DNA from: a virus
Lineage: Duplodnaviria; Caudoviricetes
Strand: one strand, 5' to 3'
DNA length: 54,389 nt
Virus record (IMG/VR): IMGVR_UViG_3300034815_000027
Coordinates: 1-54,389 of that record
Shown: positions 8,399-16,982 of the stretch, one piece after another
How positions within the stretch are numbered: the first letter of the stretch is position 1
Layout: the number at the start of each line of letters is the position of its first letter
Made by a program: the position numbers and the translations under genes
Notes under the pieces: generated by a model
What the model was told of the DNA's origin: nothing
What the model saw: the letters and a program-made list of their open reading frames with translations, nothing else
The model's database searches: none

Positions 8399-9084
8399 TC
8401 AACGCATACTTCCAAGAAGGCAAAACCATCAACGAACAGGTGTACCTGCAGTACGAACCGATGGTACGACGCATCGCTAGTGAGTATGCACGCAAGTTCC
8501 GCATGCTGGACCGTGACGACATGGCTCAGGAAATGTGGATGTGGTTCCTTCAGCATCCGGGTAAGACCCGAACATGGATGGCTATGCCACTGCAAGATGG
8601 CGACAAGTTGTTCGCCCGCAGCCTGCGCAACCATGTCATGGGATTCTGCGTGAAGGAGAAGGCGAGAGTGGAAGGCTATGAGGTCAGTGACAACTTCTGG
8701 TACACGAAGGACTTCATCAAGCAGTTGCTTCCCGCCGTCATCAGTGAAGACTGGAAGCGTGTACAGGCCTCATTCGAGGGCGGTGTGGGTGGCACTAAAC
8801 CGGCAAATGAGTCAGGCGATTGGATGGCCTACGCCGTCGATGTTCGGAGGGCCTACGATGCTCTTCCTATTGCTGACCGTAATCTGGTGGAAATGTTTTA
8901 CGTGAACGACTCGAGCGGTGTGGCACTACAGGAAGCAGCGGAGAAACCCTCGGTACGTGCCGCTGAAATGGCAGCAAACAGGGCGGTGGCGAAAATGGTT
9001 CGCTACCTTGGTGGGGAGCGCCCCTACCTGAAGCCAGAACCCGACTACAAAGACAGACCCACAAAGGAAGAGGAAACGGAATGA
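8392..9084 (+). CDS. Phage sigma-factor-like protein
   Basis: Region-2-like (IA....RK....DDMAQE.W) and region-4-like C-terminus. Confidence 0.7.
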   Translation: MVINAYFQEGKTINEQVYLQYEPMVRRIASEYARKFRMLDRDDMAQEMWMWFLQHPGKTRTWMAMPLQDGDKLFARSLRNHVMGFCVKEKARVEGYEVSDNFWYTKDFIKQLLPAVISEDWKRVQASFEGGVGGTKPANESGDWMAYAVDVRRAYDALPIADRNLVEMFYVNDSSGVALQEAAEKPSVRAAEMAANRAVAKMVRYLGGERPYLKPEPDYKDRPTKEEETE

Positions 9085-9290
9085 TTTTCGAAATCGCTGC
9101 AGGCGTGTTCATCGGCAACAGCATCTCTATGGGTGCTATCGCAGGCGTCAACCTTTGGCTAGAGCGAAAGACTTCCAAGCAGAAGGAGGCCCTGATGGTG
9201 AAGTTGCTGAAGGATGCTGAAGCGTACGAGAAGACGTTGGTGAAGCCCGTGAAGAAGACGGCATCACCGACACGGACGGTGAAACCGTGA
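9081..9290 (+). CDS. Small membrane protein
   Basis: N-terminal hydrophobic helix, basic tail. Confidence 0.65.
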   Translation: MIFEIAAGVFIGNSISMGAIAGVNLWLERKTSKQKEALMVKLLKDAEAYEKTLVKPVKKTASPTRTVKP

Positions 9291-9448
9291 TCGTCTCGAG
9301 TTTCCACTGTGACCAGTGTGGTGCGGTAAAGACCAACCTGCTGGGATTCGCCGTTCCAGACAACTGGATCGAGGTCACTGCTAGCGGTTTAGACCCCCGC
9401 TACTTCTGCTGCAACATGTGCTTCAAGAAGGCAATTGGCGGAGGCTGA
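9287..9448 (+). CDS. Small zinc-binding protein (CDQC...CCNMC)
   Basis: GTGA overlap, 53 aa, fills the gap between genes. Not in the ORF track. Confidence 0.6.
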   Translation: MIVSSFHCDQCGAVKTNLLGFAVPDNWIEVTASGLDPRYFCCNMCFKKAIGGG

Positions 9449-9450
9449 GT

Positions 9451-9645
9451 ATGGCCCGGTACGACTATTTCTGCCGCAACTGTGAAGTTGCTGAAGAGAT
9501 TCAGTGGCCTATCACTGAGAGCGAACCAGAGGGCGGGCACCCGTGTCCACGCTGCGGGCATCGGATGATGCGCCAGTACATTCTCAATCCAGCCATCCAT
9601 TTCAAGGGATTCGGTTTCTACTCTAAAGACAAAGGACAATCATGA
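9451..9645 (+). CDS. FmdB-like zinc-ribbon protein
   Basis: Y.Y.C..C...CP.CG..M.R.....AIHFKG.GFYSKD. GGAGG RBS before ATG 9451. Confidence 0.8.
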   Translation: MARYDYFCRNCEVAEEIQWPITESEPEGGHPCPRCGHRMMRQYILNPAIHFKGFGFYSKDKGQS

Positions 9646-9926
9646 AGAAGTACCAGTACACAATTGATGCGGTTCAGGTGGAGAACAAGTATCACAACAC
9701 CATCACCGGAAAGAGAAAGTATCGTAATACGGTACTTCATGATACCCGGGTGCGCATCACGGTGTATGCAAACAGTGGCTACAATCTACGTCTCGCGGTT
9801 ACTGATGTTCTCGGATACGCAAACGCCGACTGCTACTGGAAGTGGAATGTCATCTCCGCCGAAGAGATGCTCGAGGAGGTGCCGGATGGCTTCGAAGAAG
9901 ACTGCGACGAAACGTGTCGGTGCTGA
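9642..9926 (+). CDS. Hypothetical protein
   Basis: AAAGGA RBS, ATGA overlap. Confidence 0.65.
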   Translation: MKKYQYTIDAVQVENKYHNTITGKRKYRNTVLHDTRVRITVYANSGYNLRLAVTDVLGYANADCYWKWNVISAEEMLEEVPDGFEEDCDETCRC

Positions 9927-10125
9927 ACAGTACGTCTGGATTGTTCACCGTGGCGGAGGTTCGCTTGCGTTCGGCTCTGAGGCTGGGGCACGCGAAGCGG
10001 CTGGTATCGTGGAGAATACGGTCAATGTCAAGCCGCTCATGGAGAAGATTCGATTCTTCTATGACTCAGCAACCACGGCAGACGTTCAGGACATCCTGAA
10101 GTTACCGATTCAGGTAACCCTCTAG
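9886..10125 (+). CDS. Hypothetical protein
   Basis: GAGGAGG RBS before ATG 9886, ends at the terminator. Confidence 0.6.
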   Translation: MASKKTATKRVGAEQYVWIVHRGGGSLAFGSEAGAREAAGIVENTVNVKPLMEKIRFFYDSATTADVQDILKLPIQVTL

Positions 10126-10129
10126 AAAC

Positions 10130-10187
10130 AAAAATAAGACCCCCAGAAGATACCCTGTATAAAAGGTACCCTCTGGGGGTCTTTCGT
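10130..10187. terminator. Bidirectional terminator between converging arms
   Basis: aagacccccaga / tctgggggtctt stem flanked by A-rich and T-rich tracts. Confidence 0.8.
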
Positions 10188-10229
10188 GTCTCAGAATTGC
10201 GCTATGGGCGTTCTAGGGGCACCCTAGCC

Positions 10230-10574
10230 CTACTTCTTCGGCTTACGCCGCCTATTACCATCGGCAACATTCTTCGAATGCGACATTACGTTCAGGTTCT
10301 TCAAGGAGTCGTGGCCCTTACGGCCACCGTTATCCTTATGGTTCACGTCCACGCTGCGCGGCAACTTCTTGCCGGTCGCCCGCTCATACTTGTAGCGTGC
10401 AGCAGACATAGACGTAGACGAACCGTCCTTCTTGCGAACCACCACCATGGGTCGTCCACCGTTACGTTCAGATCCCTTGTATGGGCCGAAGATTTTCGTA
10501 CCGTCCTTGCGAACTTCGTACTTCTTCGGCTTCGCTTTACTTGCCGCCAAGGGGATCAGTCCACAGTGCGGCAT
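10230..10574 (-). CDS. HNH-like endonuclease (start uncertain)
   Basis: AR..YE...G..L....V.H.D....D...NL......N. Confidence 0.65.
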   Translation of the reverse strand: MPHCGLIPLAASKAKPKKYEVRKDGTKIFGPYKGSERNGGRPMVVVRKKDGSSTSMSAARYKYERATGKKLPRSVDVNHKDNGGRKGHDSLKNLNVMSHSKNVADGNRRRKPKK

Positions 10575-10758
10575 CGGTCTTCGCGTTCTCTACACGCTGG
10601 GCATACTCGCCCAAGCCGAAGGAGGTCAGGACAAAGGTCGTGACTGCTTCCACCGGCATGTCTGGCATTACAACAGCCAGCACAATGGCAACCGTCGAAG
10701 ACACCCACGCCGCAAGACGGGCAGGGTTCCTCTTTGCGAAATCCTTCAACCACTTCAC
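10537..10758 (-). CDS. Putative holin
   Basis: Two hydrophobic helices, next to the endolysin. Confidence 0.65.
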   Translation of the reverse strand: MKWLKDFAKRNPARLAAWVSSTVAIVLAVVMPDMPVEAVTTFVLTSFGLGEYAQRVENAKTDAALWTDPLGGK

Positions 10759-11237
10759 TTCTTCACCGCTTTCTTGATGGGCCGCTGTTCTGCGACTATC
10801 TGCTTAAGTTCCTGTACGAGACCGTACGGACTGTCATCGTCGTCTGCCAATGTAGTAAAGGAGACGTGGATGTGGTGGTTGTGCATGTTGCTTCCAGCAT
10901 ATGACTGCTTCTGCCACTTCGACTTCGCAGACCACATGAAGCCCTCGAAGATGATGTACTTCAACCGCTTGTCTTTTGGACCGAGGGCAATGAGTTTACG
11001 TACCAGCGTGTTCGCAATCTGCGGGTCAGGGAACCTTGCCCCCCAAAAGTCTTCATCAATGTCGATAGCATGCACGATGCCGTTCTCGTCCGGATTGTGA
11101 TCCGAGTCACGCTGCGCGTGAGCCTGATCCCCGAGCGAACCATCAGAAGCCTTGTCCCGATCCGGGAACAGTGCGTTTACTTCATCGCGGAGCCGTTCCG
11201 CTCCTGCGGCTAGACGCCATGCCATTTCATTCCCCAA
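10755..11237 (-). CDS. Endolysin, single-domain Zn peptidase (M15/LAS-like)
   Basis: SDH.P...V.AID and H..HIHVS. Confidence 0.75.
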   Translation of the reverse strand: MGNEMAWRLAAGAERLRDEVNALFPDRDKASDGSLGDQAHAQRDSDHNPDENGIVHAIDIDEDFWGARFPDPQIANTLVRKLIALGPKDKRLKYIIFEGFMWSAKSKWQKQSYAGSNMHNHHIHVSFTTLADDDDSPYGLVQELKQIVAEQRPIKKAVKK

Positions 11238-11457
11238 TCAGATGCTTGTAGATAAGGTCCACCTGACCCTCGATCCGCCCAACGCGGTCCTCGATACCAT
11301 TGATCTTGTCATTCAAAGACGTTCCATGATTCGGCCTCAACTCCCACAGGTAGTGCTTCACCATCCACTTTGCACCCGCCGCCAGAGATCCGATAACTAC
11401 CGTCATGGCGACGAGAAGTTCGGCCACGTCTACCGCCGAAGATGTTGATGCGTTCAC
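11227..11457 (-). CDS. Lysis-cassette membrane protein
   Basis: One TM helix, EL.PN.G.SL.D and a coiled coil. Confidence 0.65.
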   Translation of the reverse strand: MNASTSSAVDVAELLVAMTVVIGSLAAGAKWMVKHYLWELRPNHGTSLNDKINGIEDRVGRIEGQVDLIYKHLIGE

Positions 11458-13676
11458 AGTTTGCGTACCGTCACTCTCAAGATTCCCCCGAAACCGTTGT
11501 GAATGCCGCTCGGAGCCTTTTCGTTCACGAAAGAAATCTGCTCAATGAGCGCATCGAATGCCTCACCTGTACGGAAGTCTTGTACGCGAACAATGTTGGA
11601 TGTCGCCTCGAGATCTTCGAGGTCGAGGAGTCGCGCATATGCACGACCCTTGTAGCCCACCTTGTTGCCAAGGCGGTCCGTGTCGTTGTCGTAGCAGTAC
11701 AGGACATACTGGATAAGACGCTGACGCCGCGACGCTGGAAGTGCCTTCACCTGATAGCCGCTGAGCACAGGACCGTTGCCGGTGGATAGTGCATTGCGCC
11801 GCAGGGTGAAGGTGAAGTAGCGGGACTCGTACGATCCTGCACCACTGATGGCAATGTCCTGATTTCCGTATGCCCCATCGGCAATGCTGACAGTGTTACC
11901 GTCCACACCAACAGCGATAGAGCCACCCCCCGCATAGTCGGCGCGTTCCTTCACGAACTTGAAATACTTATCCTCAGTCGTGTTGTAGCGGATCCTGCCG
12001 GTGGTAATGTAGCCAGTCTCACGTAGTTCGCCTATTTTCTCCGTATACACGGCACCGTCAGTTGAACCGTTGTTCACGGTGGCGAAGGCAAGTGAGGCGG
12101 AGCCGTTGAGGAACGCCACAGCACCAACCACGCGGGGCACACCGTCAGCCTGTAGGTCATTGGCATAGGCGAAGCGCAGTGTGTCCACTTGTGTCCCGAG
12201 GTCGATCCTCACGAGTCCGGCATCGGTGCCGACCTGTGATGCAGCCCACAGGAACCTGTCGTTGCTGGCGAAATCGTACACCGGAAGCACCGTATTGAAC
12301 AGGAGCGGACCGTAGACGATGCCGCCAGCATCCAGTAGTTGTCCGATGCGGACACCTTTGCTGGTACCTATGGCAATGTAGCCGAGGTACGCTTGGATAC
12401 TGTGCACGATCTCACCACGTGGCAGTTCCGCCACCACCACACCAGCAGTCAGGGAAGTGAATGCTCCTGTGGTTTCTAGCGGAAGCCGCCAGATCATCGA
12501 GTTGTCACCAATGTATCCGCTGATGAAGATGTCAGCAGCGGACGAGGTGATGTCAGTGAAGACGGTGCCCTTGGGGGCAGTGAACACTGCGGTGGGCAAT
12601 GCTGCGGAATCACGTGTCAACTCGAACACCTTGCTGGTGCCGCCCGAGGACGCATTGTAGGTGACCGCCGAAATGATGCGGCCCTTCACCCACTCCGAGA
12701 TACCAGAGTCGGTCACGTTGTTCGTGAAGAACATGATGGTCACGTCACCCGTGACAGTACCACCAACAGCAGAACCAGTCGTAGCGTCACCGGCAAGTGG
12801 CTTCTTGTACGTGTACGTCTTGACTGGGGACACCGAAGTGTCCGTGGACACGAAGTAGGCGTACTCGCCGTCGTCACAAGCGAACAGAATGGGGCTTGAG
12901 ACACCGGAAACGAACTCCACGAAGTGGGTCACATTCGAAACAGCAGCACCGGCGGGTGATACGGCAGTTGAGGCTACATCCGCAGCAGTCTTCGCATACG
13001 AGAACGTATCAGTTGCAACCGTGGTGATGGTGTAGGTGCCGTTGAATGTTGCGTCCACACCCGTAACAACAACCTCCATTCCTGCGGTAAACCCGTGGGC
13101 TACAGCGGTAAGCGTTGCGACGTTGGAGGTGAGGGCCTTGTTGGTTACACTTGCAGTGATAGGTGCATAGACCTTATCCAAATCGTAGCCGTCGTGCAGG
13201 AGTGCGGCGGCGATCGTCTTACCGGAGCAGACGTACTGGATTGGGCGCAACTGGACATGCCCGGTGTCCGTAGTGGTCACCCTGTGGGCTTGTTCCACCT
13301 TGTTCAGCAGGGACACTTCCCCCTGCGTCCACACGTCCACACCCTGCGAGTCAGCAAAGCGGTACCGCAACTTTTCGTCCTGTGCCGGTTCATAGAACTT
13401 GATGCCTGCACCGTAGTGGAACGACGACTGCGAACGCATCCACCAGCCCACAAGTGACTGCTCCCCGGGTTCTGCAGAATTGTCCGACTGGTCTTTACGG
13501 TACTGTGCCGTCTCGCGCTGCGAGGGCCGTTCACTGGTACTGGCGTCACGGAATGGCTGATCGTTGATGGAAATGTCGTAGGTGATGCCACGATTAGTGT
13601 ATGTGGTACCAGCAGTAGATGCTGAAAGGTCTACCGCAAGATCCTCGGTGATATCAACTGCCATACGTGTCACCAA
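11454..13676 (-). CDS. Large tail protein (short-tail nozzle/stabilisation-like)
   Basis: 740 aa, beta-rich, located between fibre genes and lysis genes. Confidence 0.6.
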   Translation of the reverse strand: MVTRMAVDITEDLAVDLSASTAGTTYTNRGITYDISINDQPFRDASTSERPSQRETAQYRKDQSDNSAEPGEQSLVGWWMRSQSSFHYGAGIKFYEPAQDEKLRYRFADSQGVDVWTQGEVSLLNKVEQAHRVTTTDTGHVQLRPIQYVCSGKTIAAALLHDGYDLDKVYAPITASVTNKALTSNVATLTAVAHGFTAGMEVVVTGVDATFNGTYTITTVATDTFSYAKTAADVASTAVSPAGAAVSNVTHFVEFVSGVSSPILFACDDGEYAYFVSTDTSVSPVKTYTYKKPLAGDATTGSAVGGTVTGDVTIMFFTNNVTDSGISEWVKGRIISAVTYNASSGGTSKVFELTRDSAALPTAVFTAPKGTVFTDITSSAADIFISGYIGDNSMIWRLPLETTGAFTSLTAGVVVAELPRGEIVHSIQAYLGYIAIGTSKGVRIGQLLDAGGIVYGPLLFNTVLPVYDFASNDRFLWAASQVGTDAGLVRIDLGTQVDTLRFAYANDLQADGVPRVVGAVAFLNGSASLAFATVNNGSTDGAVYTEKIGELRETGYITTGRIRYNTTEDKYFKFVKERADYAGGGSIAVGVDGNTVSIADGAYGNQDIAISGAGSYESRYFTFTLRRNALSTGNGPVLSGYQVKALPASRRQRLIQYVLYCYDNDTDRLGNKVGYKGRAYARLLDLEDLEATSNIVRVQDFRTGEAFDALIEQISFVNEKAPSGIHNGFGGILRVTVRKL

Positions 13677-14043
13677 CCTTCATTGTTGTATCGAGTGGAA
13701 CTCCAACAAATGTCGGATTGGAAAGAAGCAGCGATGTCATCCTGTCGTCGGCATTCAGAATGTCCTGAACCACGCCATCAACAATAACAAGCACCTTCTG
13801 TGGAGGTGTGTCAAGAACACGAACCTGACCCCACTTGTGCTGGGGGCAGGAGGCGTTCGGTAGTTTCGTTTTCAACGCCATAAAGCAGTGACATTCGGTG
13901 CACTGTCCAACACTGTTGAAGAAGGGGCATTCGCGGCAGATTGCCATGCGTTGTGCGGCAACCTCTGTCTCCACGCGCCCGAGCGCCTTGTTGAACAGAT
14001 CAAATAGTCTCGCATCACGGGCAAAAGTATCACTCATTGACAT
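13654..14043 (-). CDS. CxxC-rich adhesin partner (DUF6171-like plus small C-terminal domain)
   Basis: C-x2-C-x7-C-x2-C-x-C-x13-CP..KW. Homolog at 21652-22029. Confidence 0.7.
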   Translation of the reverse strand: MSMSDTFARDARLFDLFNKALGRVETEVAAQRMAICRECPFFNSVGQCTECHCFMALKTKLPNASCPQHKWGQVRVLDTPPQKVLVIVDGVVQDILNADDRMTSLLLSNPTFVGVPLDTTMKVGDTYGS

Positions 14044-14048
14044 AATCC

Positions 14049-15062
14049 CTACACTGTCGTACTGAATGTGTCAACGGTTGAACCCTGCGCGAGTCCACCG
14101 GGGGCCTTCACAATCCCAACCGAAGTTCCCTTAGTTCCGGTATTGGTTTGCGCGTTCGTTCCGATCGAAGTTGTCATGGCAGCATCCGAGTAGGCGGTTG
14201 CGGTAATGCTGTTCGCATTTGTCACAATCTTGATGGCGGCAGGGGCTGAAGCGACCACTGTATCTGCTACCGTGCTAACAGTGCCAGCAACATTCTTCGC
14301 CATGCGAAGGGCATGCTGGGTTGAACTGGATGCGGTAGCAGAACAACCGTAGTGAATCACGGTCGTGTTCTGTGTACACGTGTAGTACGGTTCAGTGAAA
14401 CAGCACTGCGTCCCATTCCAAGTACCGCCAGCACCGCCACACGAACCAGACGTGTATCCGCCATAACAGTTGTACTGATCCACTGATGTGCATGTAACCG
14501 TTCCACAGCCGCCGACCGGGGTACAGGTGGTATTTAGGCTATTGCAGGAAACCGTACTTCCCGTACATGTTCCACCATCATTTACGACAGAACCACAAGC
14601 GCACGTTGGCGTGGAAGAGTAGATGTATCCCGTGGCGGGACCGGCACAGTTTGCTACCGTAGACGAATAGTGGTAAGAGGTCCACCAATTGTTTGTGTCT
14701 GTAATCCACACCACCGGGCCGCAGCCCTGCGATACAGATACTGATGTCGTCGTATCTGTGGAACCGAGTGCAATCTGTGCGATTGGATAGTTGCTTGCAG
14801 CATCACTATTAGATGCCTGATTACTGACAATGGCCCAAGCGGTTCCGCGGAGAGTTGACCACGCATCGCCAGTATCAGTGCTTCCAAGCGAGGCGCTGTT
14901 GGCACGGTTGAATGAATCGGTTATAAGCGATGCGAGCCACTGCCGCCACGTACCGGCAACCTTCACAAACCCCTTAGAGGCAGTGTGCCACGTTCCCGCC
15001 ACGCGCACCTTCGCGCCGACAAGCCCGTGCCACGCTCCCACGACTTTAACTGATGCTGTCAT
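14049..15062 (-). CDS. Cys-rich tail-fibre tip adhesin
   Basis: Three VKV.G.W repeats, D.F.R lectin-like start and a 14-Cys central insert. Homolog at 22038-23063. Confidence 0.7.
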   Translation of the reverse strand: MTASVKVVGAWHGLVGAKVRVAGTWHTASKGFVKVAGTWRQWLASLITDSFNRANSASLGSTDTGDAWSTLRGTAWAIVSNQASNSDAASNYPIAQIALGSTDTTTSVSVSQGCGPVVWITDTNNWWTSYHYSSTVANCAGPATGYIYSSTPTCACGSVVNDGGTCTGSTVSCNSLNTTCTPVGGCGTVTCTSVDQYNCYGGYTSGSCGGAGGTWNGTQCCFTEPYYTCTQNTTVIHYGCSATASSSTQHALRMAKNVAGTVSTVADTVVASAPAAIKIVTNANSITATAYSDAAMTTSIGTNAQTNTGTKGTSVGIVKAPGGLAQGSTVDTFSTTV

Positions 15063-15065
15063 AGG

Positions 15066-15659
15066 TCACACATATTTCAGCCACACGTCACCGTCAGCAC
15101 CACCGGACGGGTCAGCGGTTGACATTGTTATCTGCCTTGCGCCAATTGAGCCGGTCGCGGTAGGCGATACAACGGTCACCGTTCCGGTAAACGTCGGTGA
15201 TGCTATCGGCGCCTTCAACGCTAGATCGGCGACAAGGTTAGTAACCTCTGATTCAGGATGAGTGTGAGCGGTCGGTGTACGACTGTTGCTCAGACGCGAA
15301 TCCGTGGTGACAACAAGTGCCGCAGTATCTGCTATACCGTGCACTCCGGTGGAGGCTGCAATGTGGGTTTGCGGCTCTTGTAGGTCGCGGGCAGTAATCA
15401 TGTGCCTGACGGAAATCCCGGCATCATGCGCTACCGCAGATGAGCCGTCCTGTCCACGAACAATTGTCACTGTAGTTCCGGCAGATAGCGCCGACACGGT
15501 AACGATCTCTTCATTGATCGAATCAGGATCCAACACCAGCGTGTATGGGTAGGATGCCGGAAGATTCGAAAGATCATTCAGCGTCATAGAGGTGGCAGAA
15601 TTCGAAATGCTCGACGAAAGTGTTTTCGCAGTTGCAGTAGAAGAGTAGTAGCGCATCAT
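15066..15659 (-). CDS. Tail fibre (proximal)
   Basis: EIV.V......TI.RG..G.....H..G..V, KAPIASPTFTGTV and GGADGDVWL.Y fibre motifs. Confidence 0.75.
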   Translation of the reverse strand: MMRYYSSTATAKTLSSSISNSATSMTLNDLSNLPASYPYTLVLDPDSINEEIVTVSALSAGTTVTIVRGQDGSSAVAHDAGISVRHMITARDLQEPQTHIAASTGVHGIADTAALVVTTDSRLSNSRTPTAHTHPESEVTNLVADLALKAPIASPTFTGTVTVVSPTATGSIGARQITMSTADPSGGADGDVWLKYV

Positions 15660-15662
15660 GCC

Positions 15663-16556
15663 TCAGTTCGTGTAATGGACGCGGACGGGATACTTGCGAA
15701 GCAACTTGCCCGCCTCTTCCGTCATGCGCTGCGAATACAGCGCGTAAATGTACTTGGCGACGTTCGTTCCAGAACCCATCTGGATCTTCGCCGACTGCAT
15801 ATCACCCTCCGGCGTCTCGTGCTGCAGGCGACCAGTATCCGTGAACGACAGAAGTCTGTGGCATGCGCCGAGTATGATGACATCCTCACATGATTCCGGT
15901 AGCCCCGTGGTTTGCACGAAATCGTCATAGTCGTATGCCAGCACATCTGGTACAACTGATGCGGTGACAGTTACCGTTGTTCCGGGCTGCACGTAGGAGA
16001 GAATCGTTACAGTTGAGTTAGATCCGAACTCTACAACATCGGCATTCGGATCGACGCTGTAGTTTCGGATCGGTACAGACTGTTTCGACGGTCCGATGGT
16101 GCGGTACTTGATAGAGATGATCGCCTCCGAATTGCTCGGAATGGCGTACGTATTCACAGATGGGGTGTATGTGAACGATGAGGTCTGCACCCCCCACAGG
16201 CTGGGAAAGGCTGCACGAATCGTGGCGTTCAGTTCCTGCTTTACTCGGCTGCGCGTGTACATTGGATTCACTCGCACCTGCACGTTCGCAGCGTGGGATG
16301 CGGCGATGGTGCCGAGAAAACCGCGCCCGTACGGAGGGATCGTCACGATACCAGTCGCCGCATCATACGAGTCTACCCAGATGAGTTCATCCTCAATCTC
16401 GATGACACCACGTCCGATAAGGTCAGCACTCGTCAGAACGAATGAGGTACTGGCGGCAGTGATGCTGGATGGGAGATATGCGACGGCATCGCTGCGCAGA
16501 CCGTAGCCGGACATCTTGCCGAGGACTTCATCGACCATGTTCTTCAGGGTGCTCAT
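15663..16556 (-). CDS. Tail adaptor/tubular-like protein with fibre-attachment insert
   Basis: T L..M..EV...N start, IE.ELI...RG..GT.A..H insert, position in the tail module. Confidence 0.6.
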   Translation of the reverse strand: MSTLKNMVDEVLGKMSGYGLRSDAVAYLPSSITAASTSFVLTSADLIGRGVIEIEDELIWVDSYDAATGIVTIPPYGRGFLGTIAASHAANVQVRVNPMYTRSRVKQELNATIRAAFPSLWGVQTSSFTYTPSVNTYAIPSNSEAIISIKYRTIGPSKQSVPIRNYSVDPNADVVEFGSNSTVTILSYVQPGTTVTVTASVVPDVLAYDYDDFVQTTGLPESCEDVIILGACHRLLSFTDTGRLQHETPEGDMQSAKIQMGSGTNVAKYIYALYSQRMTEEAGKLLRKYPVRVHYTN

Positions 16557-16566
16557 GTCTTATCCT

Positions 16567-16818
16567 CTACTTCTTCTTCATCATCTTGGCCATGTTGGCT
16601 TCGCTCATGGCGATCGCTAGCGCCTGCTTCTTCGACTTGACGACAGGCCCCTTCTTGCTGCTCGAGTGGAGGCTTCCCGCCTTGAACTCGTGCATCACCT
16701 TCGCCACCTTCTTGGCGGCAGGCTTTCCGTACTCCTTCTTGCGCTCCTTCGCGCCCTCAGAGCCTTCGTGCTTCTTCATCGCGGCGGCAGATGCGTACTT
16801 CTCGCCCTTGACTGACAT
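16567..16818 (-). CDS. Basic protein, DUF6496-like
   Basis: KV.KVMHEFK.G.LHS...GP.VKS.KQA.AIA.SEA. Confidence 0.75.
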   Translation of the reverse strand: MSVKGEKYASAAAMKKHEGSEGAKERKKEYGKPAAKKVAKVMHEFKAGSLHSSSKKGPVVKSKKQALAIAMSEANMAKMMKKK

Positions 16819-16982
16819 CAGATGGTCCCCCGTCCGCCCATCCAGCCCGGAGTCTTCGTGATGTCCTTTCGGGGGTTCACGCCCTTCGGGACGACCTTCT
16901 TGGCCGCGGTCTTCTTGATCGGCTTGGCGGCGTCAGAAACGGCACCGTTCTTCATGACCTTCGGCTTCGGTTTGGTTGCCAT
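16818..16982 (-). CDS. Small Lys-rich protein (54 aa)
   Basis: MATKPKPKVMKNG...GWMGGRGTI*, coupled at both ends. Not in the ORF track. Confidence 0.6.
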   Translation of the reverse strand: MATKPKPKVMKNGAVSDAAKPIKKTAAKKVVPKGVNPRKDITKTPGWMGGRGTI

